Shown in pieces: positions 28,721-38,941 of a DNA stretch of 64,000 nt. Source of the DNA: a virus; IMG/VR virus record IMGVR_UViG_3300047562_003246, positions 64,001-128,000 of that record, one strand, 5' to 3'. Position numbers and translations under genes: made by a program. Below the pieces are notes generated by a model that searched no databases, had not been told where the DNA came from, and worked only from the letters and a program-made list of their open reading frames with translations. The first letter of the stretch is position 1. The number at the start of each line of letters is the position of its first letter.

Positions 28721-29628
28721 ACTCTGATTTTATGTCGTCAAGTAGGCCAGCTTCTTTGATCCCAGTCAAAGAGTTATTATCTAACGAGCGAGAAGCCTTG
28801 ACCAAGTTGGGATTAGCACTCGATCAACACGAATACGTGGCAACTGACCTTGCGTCCCGCTTAGACAAAAACCCAGGACTTGATGCGAATCAGGTTAACT
28901 CACTGGCTCTCGATGAATGGAGAGACGAAGATGAGCTATCGACGCTACATCCAGACATCGCAGCTAGTCTGCGTGAAACGCTCGGACAAGAAACAATCAA
29001 AAGTCGTCCGCTTAATGAAATCGTGCAGGATCTTGACGAACAGCCTGATGCGCCTAAAGAAAAAACCGCGCAGGATCCTACAAAACAGGATCAAGAGTCG
29101 ACTGAAGAAGCACTCGCCCAAGTGGTAAGTTCATTAAGTGAGCTGAGAAAGCGGGAGCGAGAGGCGTACCGTAAGCGTGTTAGTGAAGAAGATCGTAATG
29201 CCTTGCTCGAAGAAGCAATGACGGGCAAACAGTTTGAAAAGATATTCAAGCTGCTCAACGGTAAACTAATCATTTGCCTAAGCACAATCACCGCCGAACA
29301 ATCTGACGATATTTCAAAGTATTGTTCAAAACAAGTCAACGTTGTCGGCAGCATGACAACTGATAGTTACCAGATGATGCGGGCTAAGATCAAAGCCGCT
29401 GTCAGACTTAAATACGTTGTCAGTAACGGTAACTTTATGTACCAGCGAGAGGAAGGAAAAGCGGTTGAAGATATTCAGTCGCAGGTTTACAAGACTATCG
29501 CAAACAGTGAAATGTTTAGATTGATGCTTGCAAATTGCGACAAAGAATTCAACATGATCCTCGACTGCATCATGGAGGAGATGACTCGCGATGTTTTTAT
29601 AAATCCCGCGCTAGAAGGCATTGGCTGA
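28717..29628 (+). CDS. Putative tail assembly chaperone (G-like)
   Basis: Lies upstream of the tape measure gene and overlaps a start-less ORF in the -1 frame. Confidence 0.6.
   Translation: MNSDFMSSSRPASLIPVKELLSNEREALTKLGLALDQHEYVATDLASRLDKNPGLDANQVNSLALDEWRDEDELSTLHPDIAASLRETLGQETIKSRPLNEIVQDLDEQPDAPKEKTAQDPTKQDQESTEEALAQVVSSLSELRKREREAYRKRVSEEDRNALLEEAMTGKQFEKIFKLLNGKLIICLSTITAEQSDDISKYCSKQVNVVGSMTTDSYQMMRAKIKAAVRLKYVVSNGNFMYQREEGKAVEDIQSQVYKTIANSEMFRLMLANCDKEFNMILDCIMEEMTRDVFINPALEGIG
29068..29081 (+). repeat. Dispersed 14-mer, exact copy
   Basis: Read directly; in-frame AQDPT; followed by AAAA. Confidence 0.95.
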
Positions 29629-29644
29629 AATTACTAACGCGGGG
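29574..29644 (+). promoter_or_regulatory. Putative -1 programmed frameshift signal
   Basis: GGAGGAG (29574-80), T5 run (29594-98), 6-nt spacer, stem cccgcg.tag / cta.cgcggg (29605-29643). Confidence 0.6.
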
Positions 29645-30017
29645 AATTATCGCAGCACCCGTACCGTTGCCTCTCGGATGGAGAGGCGAAGTATGGAAGG
29701 CGATTCTTGATGTTGCTTGTGACAGACGTGTTGAAGAGGTGCTTACGATTGCACAAATCAATATGCTCAGTCATAGAACCAACGCAGCCGAAGCACTCAA
29801 CAATGCGTTCTTGTCGCTTAATAACATTTTGAAGTTCCAGAGACTTACTCCGAGTTTGATTAAAGAACTCAAATTATTCAAGCAACAAGAAAGATATAAA
29901 CGCAGATACGGGATGGACATCAATGATCCTGAAATGCAGCGTAGAATTGAGAAGACAGTGCAGGGTATGCGAAAGCGAAGACTACAAGCTCGCAAAGAAC
30001 ATTTAGATAAGAATTAA
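29598..30017 (+). CDS. -1 frame extension of the tail chaperone (GT/T-like)
   Basis: ORF track 29535..30017 is in the -1 frame; its listed TTG start has no SD and the first ATG is only at about 29763. Confidence 0.55.
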   Translation, partial: YKSRARRHWLKLLTRGIIAAPVPLPLGWRGEVWKAILDVACDRRVEEVLTIAQINMLSHRTNAAEALNNAFLSLNNILKFQRLTPSLIKELKLFKQQERYKRRYGMDINDPEMQRRIEKTVQGMRKRRLQARKEHLDKN

Positions 30018-30028
30018 ACGGTACTGCT

Positions 30029-32515
30029 GTGGACGAGTTTGAAATTTTCTACGGAAATCAATTTACAAATCCTCAGCAGTTCGCCGGAGACATGTACAAC
30101 TCAATGTCTGGCGGGAGTAGTCCATACAGATACACAGGTGGGTACGGTAGTCTCTTAGATTCTTTCACAGGAAGGACCCGACAAGAAGCTAGATTCGAGC
30201 TTCGTGACGCGATGAATCGTTACGAAGCTGAACGAATTATGCACATGACCAGAGCGGTGCTTAATTCTGGGGCGCAGGGATTAACACAGCAGCAACGAGC
30301 AATATTTGAGGACTTCTCAAGAAACGGTGTAACAGGTACAGGTATCATGGCTCTGTCTAGAGCCGGTATCGAGCTACCAACAGATACCGTAAGAGCAGCT
30401 ATGGGTATCGATCAAGCTTTAAGCTCGATGACAGACCCGATTTCTGGTACGTATTCGATGGACGCTACCCATCGTGCCAAGATAGCTGCGCATACAACTG
30501 CAATGCTGTATATGCCTGGACAAGGCAGAATCATGGCTGGCGGTTTGTCTGGTGCCGAAATGTCTCACTTGGCTCAGTACATGGGTTCTCGTCGTGAGCT
30601 TGTCGGTGGCGCTGAAGTAGAAGCAGATATCGACGCTTATATGCGTATGCGTAACGATGTCACTGCTGGAGGCAAGTATGGACCAGAACTAACAGCCGAG
30701 CGAGCTGAGAAACTTGACACGATGTTAGATCTTGCCACTAAGCGAGCAGCTGCTTCGGATCCGGACGCGTCTCAACAAGAAATAGACGATGCAGCAATAG
30801 AGTATGCCAACGCTTTAGATGCAGAAATAGCTAAGCGTATCGCAAAAAATTTATCGGAGAGAGCAAAAACAGTTTCAGTTATGAAAAGGCACTTTCGTAA
30901 TCACGAAGGTAGAGAATTAACTGATCCTGAGGCAATGCAATTTATTGAGGCAATTACTGGTGGTACTTCGATGATGGGAGCCGCCGAGGCTACCAGAGTC
31001 GCTGCTATGACGAGTCAGCTTTCTATTGCGTCAGGATTAACTGGCGAGCAAGTAACACTTCTTCACCAGCGAGCAAGACAATTTGTTGATAGTGGTCGAA
31101 TGGCAAATACCGGACTAGGTAATTACGCTGCTTTATCTGCTGGCGCACTTAATACCGCACAACAATCTCTGGGAACATTTAGCGGAGAAAACCCGTTATT
31201 TGGTATCGGTTCTGCAAATGTTGAATTAGAAGAAGAAGCTTATCGTGCTTCAATGTTTGCTGGCAGCGATATGAATCAAGCAAAAATTGCGATGTATCGC
31301 CTTCGAGGGATGGTTGGGAATTTAGAAGACGGCAAGGTTAAAAACCTACTAACAAAATTAGATCAAGGACAACGCTTAAGTAAAGAAGATATGGATTTTC
31401 TTAAAGATCCATCGGCTGTACAAATCGAAATGGAAAAAGCAGCACCAGGCGTAGGTAGTTCATTTGTAGCCGGGCTAATTGGTGATGAGCGTGGAAACGC
31501 AGAATATGCTTTCTACAACAAAGAAAACGCTATGGCCGGTCAAAGAGATATTCAGTACCAAGATATGCGCAACGATTTAGATGAAAATATACAAGGTATC
31601 GTAGCGTCCTATCAAGACGAAGGCGGCATACTTGGCACAAATCTTACAGAAGAACAGCAGCTAGGGCTTACTCGAAGTGTTGTCGATGACTTCACACGCA
31701 TGACTCCGGAACAGATCGGACAGGTCATGGGTGAGACCGAGGAAGGTAGAACGCTCGGTATTCAATATGCTAAACAAGCTTTGCTCAATGCGATCGATCG
31801 TGGTGAAATAGCCCAAATGTCTGATGCTGAACTAGAACAGGCAGCTAGGGCAACGTACTTACAAGCAAGAGGTGCTGTTGGTGCGACGACCGGTTACGGA
31901 GAAAGCTCTTCTGAACTTTTGGTTGACTTAAACCCAGATACGCAGCGTAAGGCTTATCGCACCGAAAAAGTCATGCAGGTCATGGCCGACATTGAAAAAG
32001 AATCTGCCAAGTTTGCAGGTGAAAAAGGTGTAGCCGGTGCTATGGCATTGCTTGAAGCTGCAGACATGGATGGCACCGGTGTTGATATGACGCAAATCGG
32101 CGCTGCTCTACTTAGCGGTGCTGCCGACGAAGAACAAGCTGCGCTTGTTCGAGGTTATCGAGATCAATTACAAGAGCGACTGCACGGATTAGAAGGCGTT
32201 CGATCTGGCATGACTACAGACGAGCTAGCTAGCGACACAGGACAGCAGCTTGAAGATGATATTGCTGTTACAAGAGCCGTCATTGAAAAAGTTGACGCAG
32301 CCCTTAATTATGACGATAAGAAAACAGAGCAAGATGGCGGTGAAGGCGGCGAAGAAGGTGGCGATGTGTACGGTCCTGGAGGCGGAAAAGGATCAGGTAC
32401 AATGACATTTAGTAATGTTACTATCGTGATTAACGATAATACGGCGGTTCAAAATGGTAGAGGTACGGGTTCTTACGGAGGTAAGACAGCTGTACCTACC
32501 GGACAAAATGCATAA
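30029..32515 (+). CDS. Tape measure protein
   Basis: 828 aa Ala/Gly/Met-rich helical protein after the chaperone pair and before baseplate genes. Confidence 0.7.
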   Translation: MDEFEIFYGNQFTNPQQFAGDMYNSMSGGSSPYRYTGGYGSLLDSFTGRTRQEARFELRDAMNRYEAERIMHMTRAVLNSGAQGLTQQQRAIFEDFSRNGVTGTGIMALSRAGIELPTDTVRAAMGIDQALSSMTDPISGTYSMDATHRAKIAAHTTAMLYMPGQGRIMAGGLSGAEMSHLAQYMGSRRELVGGAEVEADIDAYMRMRNDVTAGGKYGPELTAERAEKLDTMLDLATKRAAASDPDASQQEIDDAAIEYANALDAEIAKRIAKNLSERAKTVSVMKRHFRNHEGRELTDPEAMQFIEAITGGTSMMGAAEATRVAAMTSQLSIASGLTGEQVTLLHQRARQFVDSGRMANTGLGNYAALSAGALNTAQQSLGTFSGENPLFGIGSANVELEEEAYRASMFAGSDMNQAKIAMYRLRGMVGNLEDGKVKNLLTKLDQGQRLSKEDMDFLKDPSAVQIEMEKAAPGVGSSFVAGLIGDERGNAEYAFYNKENAMAGQRDIQYQDMRNDLDENIQGIVASYQDEGGILGTNLTEEQQLGLTRSVVDDFTRMTPEQIGQVMGETEEGRTLGIQYAKQALLNAIDRGEIAQMSDAELEQAARATYLQARGAVGATTGYGESSSELLVDLNPDTQRKAYRTEKVMQVMADIEKESAKFAGEKGVAGAMALLEAADMDGTGVDMTQIGAALLSGAADEEQAALVRGYRDQLQERLHGLEGVRSGMTTDELASDTGQQLEDDIAVTRAVIEKVDAALNYDDKKTEQDGGEGGEEGGDVYGPGGGKGSGTMTFSNVTIVINDNTAVQNGRGTGSYGGKTAVPTGQNA

Positions 32516-33372
32516 TGCCAAGAAGTTTATTTCTAAACAGTAATGGTAAGAGCGTTGTAGCGCTTCCTGATCCGCATTTTGGTCCTAATGCGATCGGACT
32601 CATTACGTTCACAGAACTGACCGACACATCTGCGGCGATAGTAATCACCAGCATGTCAGATAAAGTCAATCCTAGGTATCAAGTCACAGATACTCTGGGT
32701 GAGCGTACGATTTTGAACACCTTTGGTCGCTCGATGGACACTCGACTATTAGAAGGTGTGTGCTACGAGGCGTTTTGCGCTCCCGAACGTAATCAAGATG
32801 AGAGTGGTTTCGAGAAACTCATGCAATTCTTTGATAGTAATCACGCTGGGGCAAGAAATACTCCGGTGATTATTACTATCGGTAAAGCGTTTACTAGGAA
32901 TTGTTATTTATTAGAAATGGAAGTAACGCTGGCTGACTCAACTGCAAGAGTATGGCAGTTTTCGGCAAAGCTAATTGTAGAACCAGAGCGTGACCAGAAT
33001 GATTTGAGAAGACAGGCTGTCCAACCTAGGAATGTTCCAGTTAATCCGGTTCCGCAGCCTGTACAACCGCAACAAGAACAGCCACTGCAATTTTTTCAAA
33101 CGCCGCAAGAAGCTAACAATATTATTTATTTGTCCCGAGCGTTTAATTCAAAAGATTTCACTACTTGGAATAGACAGCCAACTGTTTCGCCAGCAACTCA
33201 AAGCTCTTCTAATTTCTCAGGTGATACATTCTCGGCTGCATCAGGCTTGACAGTAAGAACAACTACAACATCGAACGTGACCCAAAGCGGTGATCCTGTA
33301 TCGTTGAGTAATAACGTAATCAGCAGAACCAATCGAGCAACTTCTGGGCTGAATCCATTTGTGGTGGCTTAA
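32515..33372 (+). CDS. Tail tube initiator / baseplate protein
   Basis: Coupled to the tape measure gene; tube-fold-like N-terminal domain then Q/P/S/T-rich tail. Confidence 0.45.
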   Translation: MPRSLFLNSNGKSVVALPDPHFGPNAIGLITFTELTDTSAAIVITSMSDKVNPRYQVTDTLGERTILNTFGRSMDTRLLEGVCYEAFCAPERNQDESGFEKLMQFFDSNHAGARNTPVIITIGKAFTRNCYLLEMEVTLADSTARVWQFSAKLIVEPERDQNDLRRQAVQPRNVPVNPVPQPVQPQQEQPLQFFQTPQEANNIIYLSRAFNSKDFTTWNRQPTVSPATQSSSNFSGDTFSAASGLTVRTTTTSNVTQSGDPVSLSNNVISRTNRATSGLNPFVVA

Positions 33373-34117
33373 CATGCTAATGAACTTGTTGCACTGTGCA
33401 ATTGCTGATCCTGAGCTAGACGACAACGACTTGGATTATATTTGTCCGCAGTACAGCAGGACAAATATGACGCAAGACGAAATGAAGTTGCGGGCTATTC
33501 TCATTGGAGAGCGTAAACCAAGCAAAGAAGCAAAACTCTATACCAGTGTCACACTGAGACACGCCATAGGGGAAGGGCCATTTGCACACATTGGTAATCG
33601 TTTCGGGTTAGAAGAAGGCTACAGCCTTGAACAACTAAGGCAAAGTATTTTCAGTGCTTATAAGCCAAGGCTAGACGACCAAATATTCCTTTCTTCTGTG
33701 GCTACTTATCATAGGTTTCCGACTTATAAACAACACGCAATTAGTTGCCAAGTCTTGGGAAGCCAGGTGACAGTTCATCACGAGACGTACGGAAGCAATA
33801 CTGGCTTAGTTGATTCGCCTATCGCTATTGCTGGGTTTCCGCAGGCAGCGACAGTAACTGTTCAAGCAACAGACGGTGTGTATACCGGTTATTGGGCCAC
33901 TCAGCCTAGCATATCGATTGGCTCGATCGCTGAGACGCTTGCTGTTGAAGGTTTGTTGTTTCTCAATTCATTAGCAAATAGTCAGGGCCGCATTTTTTCT
34001 GATGAAACGCATATGCTCATTGAGTGCGTAAAAACCAGTCCAGTACCAATGGATAGGGTATGTGCCGCTTGCTTAATACTAGCTAATGCTGTGTTCGTGA
34101 GGCATGGATTTAATTAA
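33359..34117 (+). CDS. Hypothetical baseplate protein
   Basis: Coupled ORF within baseplate module; true start possibly ATG near 33374. Confidence 0.4.
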   Translation: MWWLNMLMNLLHCAIADPELDDNDLDYICPQYSRTNMTQDEMKLRAILIGERKPSKEAKLYTSVTLRHAIGEGPFAHIGNRFGLEEGYSLEQLRQSIFSAYKPRLDDQIFLSSVATYHRFPTYKQHAISCQVLGSQVTVHHETYGSNTGLVDSPIAIAGFPQAATVTVQATDGVYTGYWATQPSISIGSIAETLAVEGLLFLNSLANSQGRIFSDETHMLIECVKTSPVPMDRVCAACLILANAVFVRHGFN

Positions 34118-35802
34118 TGTCCGTATACAAGCAAAACATTCGAGCCTTCATGACTTATGGAGGCGATAATGCAGATGAGCGACGTGTAGAGATATCTTCT
34201 CTCAGTGTATCTTTTGGGGTTCAAGAATTACCTGTAGCGATTGTTCAAGTTGGTGTCGGCGCTGATACTTTTGACGGCAGGCTACAACCAGATATCGACG
34301 TGGATGTAGATCCGGACATTCCTGCGAAACTTTATGTGCGTTTGGAAGGTACTCGAAATGAGACAAACGAAGATTGGCCTGAAGAAGATTTACTGCTTTT
34401 TAGCGGTCACATAACTAATGCAGCGTCGACGAGACTATCCAACCAGTCATCTGGGAATATTACTATTCACCATGTGTTAGCTAAGCTAGCTTCTTCTAGT
34501 TTAATCGCTTCTTACGCTTTCCCTGGATCATCTGCTGAGCTGGTCTTACCTGCCTATCGTCGCTGGAAAAACCGTAGCGGTGCAAAGAACGGTTCTAATC
34601 CACCTGTCGGTGCTTTGCTTGGAATTCTTTCTGAAGATATTTTTTCTTTGAAAGACTTTAAGTTACGTAAACAAGATTTATGGGCAGATATTGCTAAGCC
34701 TTTTTTAATTCGAACAGCACTACAAAATCCGTTTTCAACTACGACGCAGTTTCCTTCTTGTTTTCCCGAAGCGGGTGGCAACAACGAAGAAGCTTTGAGT
34801 GCCCTAGCAACTATCGAAGGTGAGACAGAAGACGAGTACACTCTTGCACCTGATGCTTACGGCACACCCTTGTTACTTCCAGAAGATGTGCCGCAGTCTA
34901 TCGTTGCGGCAATCAAAAGCGATCTAACAAGTCCCAAAGTAAAAGATTTACTACAACACACAGCGTGGTCGTACATCGTGCAGAATTTGTGTGGCGCGTA
35001 TATGGCTGCAGTTATTCCAGGTATCGACAGATCAAGAGTCGTGCCTATCACGCCAACGCTTAATACGCCGTATAAAGAATTAACTGTCAATTCTATCCAG
35101 GTGTCTGATAGAAACCGACCAGTCTCTCACTCGCTGCTAGCTGTAACAATGTCAGCCGGTACATTGTCGACTTCAGGTGCCGCACCAGGAAGTATCGGTA
35201 ATCCGTTTGCTTTTGGTCCCTGTTATTCTCCAGAAGCAGCTTCTCCTAAGGGTAAAGTAAGAACCGTCAGCCCTCCTGTTTGGCTGAGGAAAATGCGATT
35301 TACTGCTTTTCGGGCTAAAGAATCAACAAAGTATTCTGGAGGCGTAGGCATGGGCTCTTACGCTGCAAATCCAGATGTCAAAACGACGGAAGATTTTGAA
35401 GACAATACCGATAGTGATCGAGACGCAGCAGGAGATCGCGAAGATATTCGTAATCATATTAATGACTATGGGCAACGTTACGTAAAAGCTGTATACGGAG
35501 CTGACGTTACAGGTACTCGTACGGTCAAACTTGTATCGCATCTACGAATGGACATAGGTCCAGGCTCTCAGTTAAAAGTGACAACCGATAACGAGATGCC
35601 CATATTCGGCAACGTTGTCTACGGTATGGTCGCTAGAGTTACAATTATCATTGACGTTAATAAGCCGTTTGCGGGTACGTCGATGTTGTTGTCTCATATA
35701 CGTAGTGAACAAGAAAATGCCTTGGAATATATCGGAACCTCGACTCATCCGCTCTTCCAAACCGCTTACAAAGGCGGACCCCTATCAACAATCTTTGAGT
35801 GA
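34117..35802 (+). CDS. Putative baseplate hub (gp27/gpD-like) protein
   Basis: 561 aa; N-terminal barrel and C-terminal LRMDIGPGSQLKV...YGMVARV pattern; positional inference. Confidence 0.5.
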   Translation: MSVYKQNIRAFMTYGGDNADERRVEISSLSVSFGVQELPVAIVQVGVGADTFDGRLQPDIDVDVDPDIPAKLYVRLEGTRNETNEDWPEEDLLLFSGHITNAASTRLSNQSSGNITIHHVLAKLASSSLIASYAFPGSSAELVLPAYRRWKNRSGAKNGSNPPVGALLGILSEDIFSLKDFKLRKQDLWADIAKPFLIRTALQNPFSTTTQFPSCFPEAGGNNEEALSALATIEGETEDEYTLAPDAYGTPLLLPEDVPQSIVAAIKSDLTSPKVKDLLQHTAWSYIVQNLCGAYMAAVIPGIDRSRVVPITPTLNTPYKELTVNSIQVSDRNRPVSHSLLAVTMSAGTLSTSGAAPGSIGNPFAFGPCYSPEAASPKGKVRTVSPPVWLRKMRFTAFRAKESTKYSGGVGMGSYAANPDVKTTEDFEDNTDSDRDAAGDREDIRNHINDYGQRYVKAVYGADVTGTRTVKLVSHLRMDIGPGSQLKVTTDNEMPIFGNVVYGMVARVTIIIDVNKPFAGTSMLLSHIRSEQENALEYIGTSTHPLFQTAYKGGPLSTIFE

Positions 35803-36511
35803 TCCGGTCGCCAACATCACTAACTGGCAGCAAGATCCTACTCCAGGTAACGCAAAGATCATGCTTGATTCTTTGCAGCCTTTTATCGTAGCGTCTACCA
35901 AAAGTTACCTACGTACAGACTCGCCGCTAGCGGTTGGTAAAGCAAAATCAGTCGTACTTCAGGCGATGAAAACGTATGATCCTACGAGATCACAGCCGCA
36001 AACATTTATCTCGCAACACGTTCAGGGGCTGCAAAGATGGCAAGCGGCTAAGAATAACGGACTTCGAGTTCCTAGTCGTGTTTCTTCTCAATCTTTGCTT
36101 TTGGACAAAGCAGAAGAAGATTTACTTGACGAGCTTGGGCGTGCTCCATCGACGGCAGAGTTAGCTAAACGAACTAACTTAACTGCTAGCGCCATCGAAA
36201 GAATACGCAGTTTTTCTAGACCAACAGTAGGCTCCCAAGAATCTCAAGGATCCGACGACGAAGACCTGTCTGTTGCAGAAGATCAGATTCTTAGACCGCA
36301 GGACGACAAAGCGTGGTTAGAGCTGGTTTACGACGACTTGCCTGATAACGATAAAGTCGTCATGGAACATACGATCGGAATGTTTGGTAAATCCAAACTT
36401 AGTACATCCGAGCTAGCGAAAAAACTAGGTGTGTCATCCGGAGCGATCAGCCAAAGACGTGCCAGAGTTCAAGCTTATATTGATCGAGCACTTGAGGTTA
36501 ATCCACTATGA
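35795..36511 (+). CDS. Sigma-70 family RNA polymerase sigma factor-like protein
   Basis: Region 2 (AMKTYDPTR..TFI), region 3 (ELGRAPSTAELA) and region 4 HTH (STSELAKKLGVSSGAISQRR). ORF track start 35615; TTG 35795 overlapping the upstream stop is my preferred start. Confidence 0.75.
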   Translation: MSDPVANITNWQQDPTPGNAKIMLDSLQPFIVASTKSYLRTDSPLAVGKAKSVVLQAMKTYDPTRSQPQTFISQHVQGLQRWQAAKNNGLRVPSRVSSQSLLLDKAEEDLLDELGRAPSTAELAKRTNLTASAIERIRSFSRPTVGSQESQGSDDEDLSVAEDQILRPQDDKAWLELVYDDLPDNDKVVMEHTIGMFGKSKLSTSELAKKLGVSSGAISQRRARVQAYIDRALEVNPL

Positions 36512-36957
36512 CGACTGATCAACAAACTTTCGTGAAGTCAAAAGCTGTAATCGCTGAAGACTTTCTTAAGACAGTTAATTTTCTTGCAAGTAAAGCTGGC
36601 GCTCGCGTTGATGTGACTCTCGGCAGACAACCGCGTGAAATAACACAACTACAGGCTGATCACACAGACGTAACTAAAGTGCGAGAAGCTTTTAGCTTCA
36701 AAGAAATTGACGAACAATTAGAGAACATCGAAGGTGACGACGCAGAGGTAGGTACAGTTGGTGACATTGCTGTATTGGCTATTCAAAGCGATCTACAGGC
36801 CAAATGCATCAGAGCGTCTATGAGTCGTCACAGCTCCAGAGCCCAAAGAAAATTGGCCGCTGCTTACCGACTTAAAGGTCATGCGGCTAACGACGGCATG
36901 TGGAGGCAAATTTACGTAGACAAGTTGCAATCGATCCTGGGCGCGATGCAGAGTTAG
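36508..36957 (+). CDS. Hypothetical protein
   Basis: 149 aa, ATGA-coupled. Confidence 0.4.
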   Translation: MTTDQQTFVKSKAVIAEDFLKTVNFLASKAGARVDVTLGRQPREITQLQADHTDVTKVREAFSFKEIDEQLENIEGDDAEVGTVGDIAVLAIQSDLQAKCIRASMSRHSSRAQRKLAAAYRLKGHAANDGMWRQIYVDKLQSILGAMQS

Positions 36958-36958
36958 C

Positions 36959-37360
36959 ATGAGAAACATTTCCGTATTCTATACCGATCAGAGTAATAAC
37001 CCGTTGCGGTACTCTTTAGCTAAAGCTGTAGAGTCGACGGGTATACTACGTCTTAGTGAAAGAGTAATTTTTCGCCTGTTTACAGGTGCCGGAGCTGCTT
37101 ACGGTCAGCCAAGCTTCGGTAATAGTTTTATCGAGAACATACGCAAAGGACTTTACAGGACGACAACTTCGCTGCAACAAGGATTTTCTGTCGCGAGACT
37201 ACAGTTACTTAAACAAGCTGCGATCGATGAAGCTGACGATGAAACGACCATGGTGGATATTGAACTGCTAGCCGCAGCAATAGTAGCAGATACTGTTGAT
37301 CTCCGACTGAGAATTACCAGCAAATCCGGAGGTACGGCTGTTTTTGATGTAGAGGTTTAA
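36959..37360 (+). CDS. Baseplate wedge gp25-like protein
   Basis: 133 aa; GILRLSERVIFRLFT..G..YGQPSFG pattern; precedes J-like gene. Confidence 0.65.
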   Translation: MRNISVFYTDQSNNPLRYSLAKAVESTGILRLSERVIFRLFTGAGAAYGQPSFGNSFIENIRKGLYRTTTSLQQGFSVARLQLLKQAAIDEADDETTMVDIELLAAAIVADTVDLRLRITSKSGGTAVFDVEV

Positions 37361-37369
37361 AAGGTATTT

Positions 37370-38941
37370 ATGGCGACTAAGCAAGAAATCATCCTGGCTA
37401 CGTTGGCAAATATTGTTAACGAGTATGACCCAACGGTAGATACAGGACCAGGACCTGTCAGGAGTATGCTTCTTAGTCCTGCGACCAGACTAATCGAATA
37501 CATCGAAGACGCGGTATCTGCTGTCATAGAGCGATATGATCTATCGCAGTTAAGTCAGATAACAGACGAAGCTACGCTAATTGATATTGCCAATCGTTAT
37601 GGTGTTGTAAGAAATGTCGCTGGTATAGCATCCGGTGTAGTCACTGTTGTGCTCGATGCAAGTTTTCCAGTTGTTATACCTGCCGGTACGCTAATTACAA
37701 GTCAGGGCGGAGACTATGTTACTCCTACCTCTTATGTGTTTCGAACCAGCTTTAGTTCGGTCATTAATTCCAACGATCGATTGCTTATTCAAAACGCTGA
37801 TGGCACGTACTCGGCCAATATTACAGTCAACGCCGTACAACCGGGCTCTGTGGCTAATTTGACCAGAGGACAAACGCTGACTCTTGCCGATGCAATACCT
37901 CATGTTATCGATCTGTACGCCGCTCAGGATTTTACAGGGGGCGAAGATCTTGATACCGGTAGTTCTTTATTGGAAAAAATTTCTAACTCCCTAGTCAAAC
38001 CCGGTACTGAATCTGCCTTTTCAATCAAATCACTGATTCAACATAGTACTGCTTTTCCGGCTACGGTAGCTGTCAGTGTTGTTGGCGCTGTAGATCAAGA
38101 ACTCAGAAGAGATAAACTTAACGCACTCGGTGTTGGCGGTGGTATGGCCGATGTTTATGTGCGTACACGCAAAGGCCCATCGACAATACAAATTACAAAA
38201 ACAGCTACGCTAGTTAGTGAAATCAATGGAATCAAAACTTGGAAGGTCAAAATTTCCAAAGACGATTTCCCAGGCTGGTGGGACATCGTTGAAATCATAT
38301 CAGCTAATAATCAACAAGCAGATCTAATTAGTGAAACAAGGTATGTCGAGCTTTCACCTGAGCAGGGACAGCTAACTCCATACATTCCTGATCCATCGTT
38401 TGGCATCTATTCTGCGTTTCAAGTAGCAGATGTTGTTGTCGAAACATCGGACGCTGTGGTCTCAGACAGTTTTGTCCTCAGCCTTCGAGGTATGCCAGAC
38501 ATTGCCAATATTCAAAGATTACTTGGTAGTCGGGACTTCAGGGCGGTTGGCGGTGACTTGCTTGTTAAAGCTCCGATTCCGTGCTTTGTTTCTATTAACA
38601 TCGAAATTGAGCAAACATCCACATCTGCTGTGATACCTGCAGACGTTGATTTTATTACAAAAGTTGTAGACACCGTTAACTCAACTGGTTTTATCGGCAA
38701 GCTGTACGCCAGTAATATAGCCGAGGCTATCGCTGGCTTTGGTTATACAGTAACGAAAGTGACTATGTTGGGCACGACTTATTTGTCGGATGGGTCACAG
38801 CGTAAAAGTGTCAGTGAATTTTTTATAGAAGCGCCTGTAGTTTACCCTGCTCAAACAAGCTGGCGAACTGTGATATTTGTCACGTCACCTGACCAAGTCA
38901 GCATCACAAAACGAACTCCTACCGCTGCTAACTTACTGTGA
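37370..38941 (+). CDS. Baseplate J / gp6-like wedge protein
   Basis: DTGPG.VRSMLL.P, IANRYGV.R..A..ASGVVT, IPAGT, AVQPGSVAN, FTGGED, GGMADVYV motifs typical of the baseplate J family. Confidence 0.85.
   Translation: MATKQEIILATLANIVNEYDPTVDTGPGPVRSMLLSPATRLIEYIEDAVSAVIERYDLSQLSQITDEATLIDIANRYGVVRNVAGIASGVVTVVLDASFPVVIPAGTLITSQGGDYVTPTSYVFRTSFSSVINSNDRLLIQNADGTYSANITVNAVQPGSVANLTRGQTLTLADAIPHVIDLYAAQDFTGGEDLDTGSSLLEKISNSLVKPGTESAFSIKSLIQHSTAFPATVAVSVVGAVDQELRRDKLNALGVGGGMADVYVRTRKGPSTIQITKTATLVSEINGIKTWKVKISKDDFPGWWDIVEIISANNQQADLISETRYVELSPEQGQLTPYIPDPSFGIYSAFQVADVVVETSDAVVSDSFVLSLRGMPDIANIQRLLGSRDFRAVGGDLLVKAPIPCFVSINIEIEQTSTSAVIPADVDFITKVVDTVNSTGFIGKLYASNIAEAIAGFGYTVTKVTMLGTTYLSDGSQRKSVSEFFIEAPVVYPAQTSWRTVIFVTSPDQVSITKRTPTAANLL

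Noticed and set aside
718-36250. Other GGATCC sites (for example 718, 1339, 3399, 5588, 15916) as motif copies
   Set aside because: They match only the 6-10 nt core, which is expected by chance.
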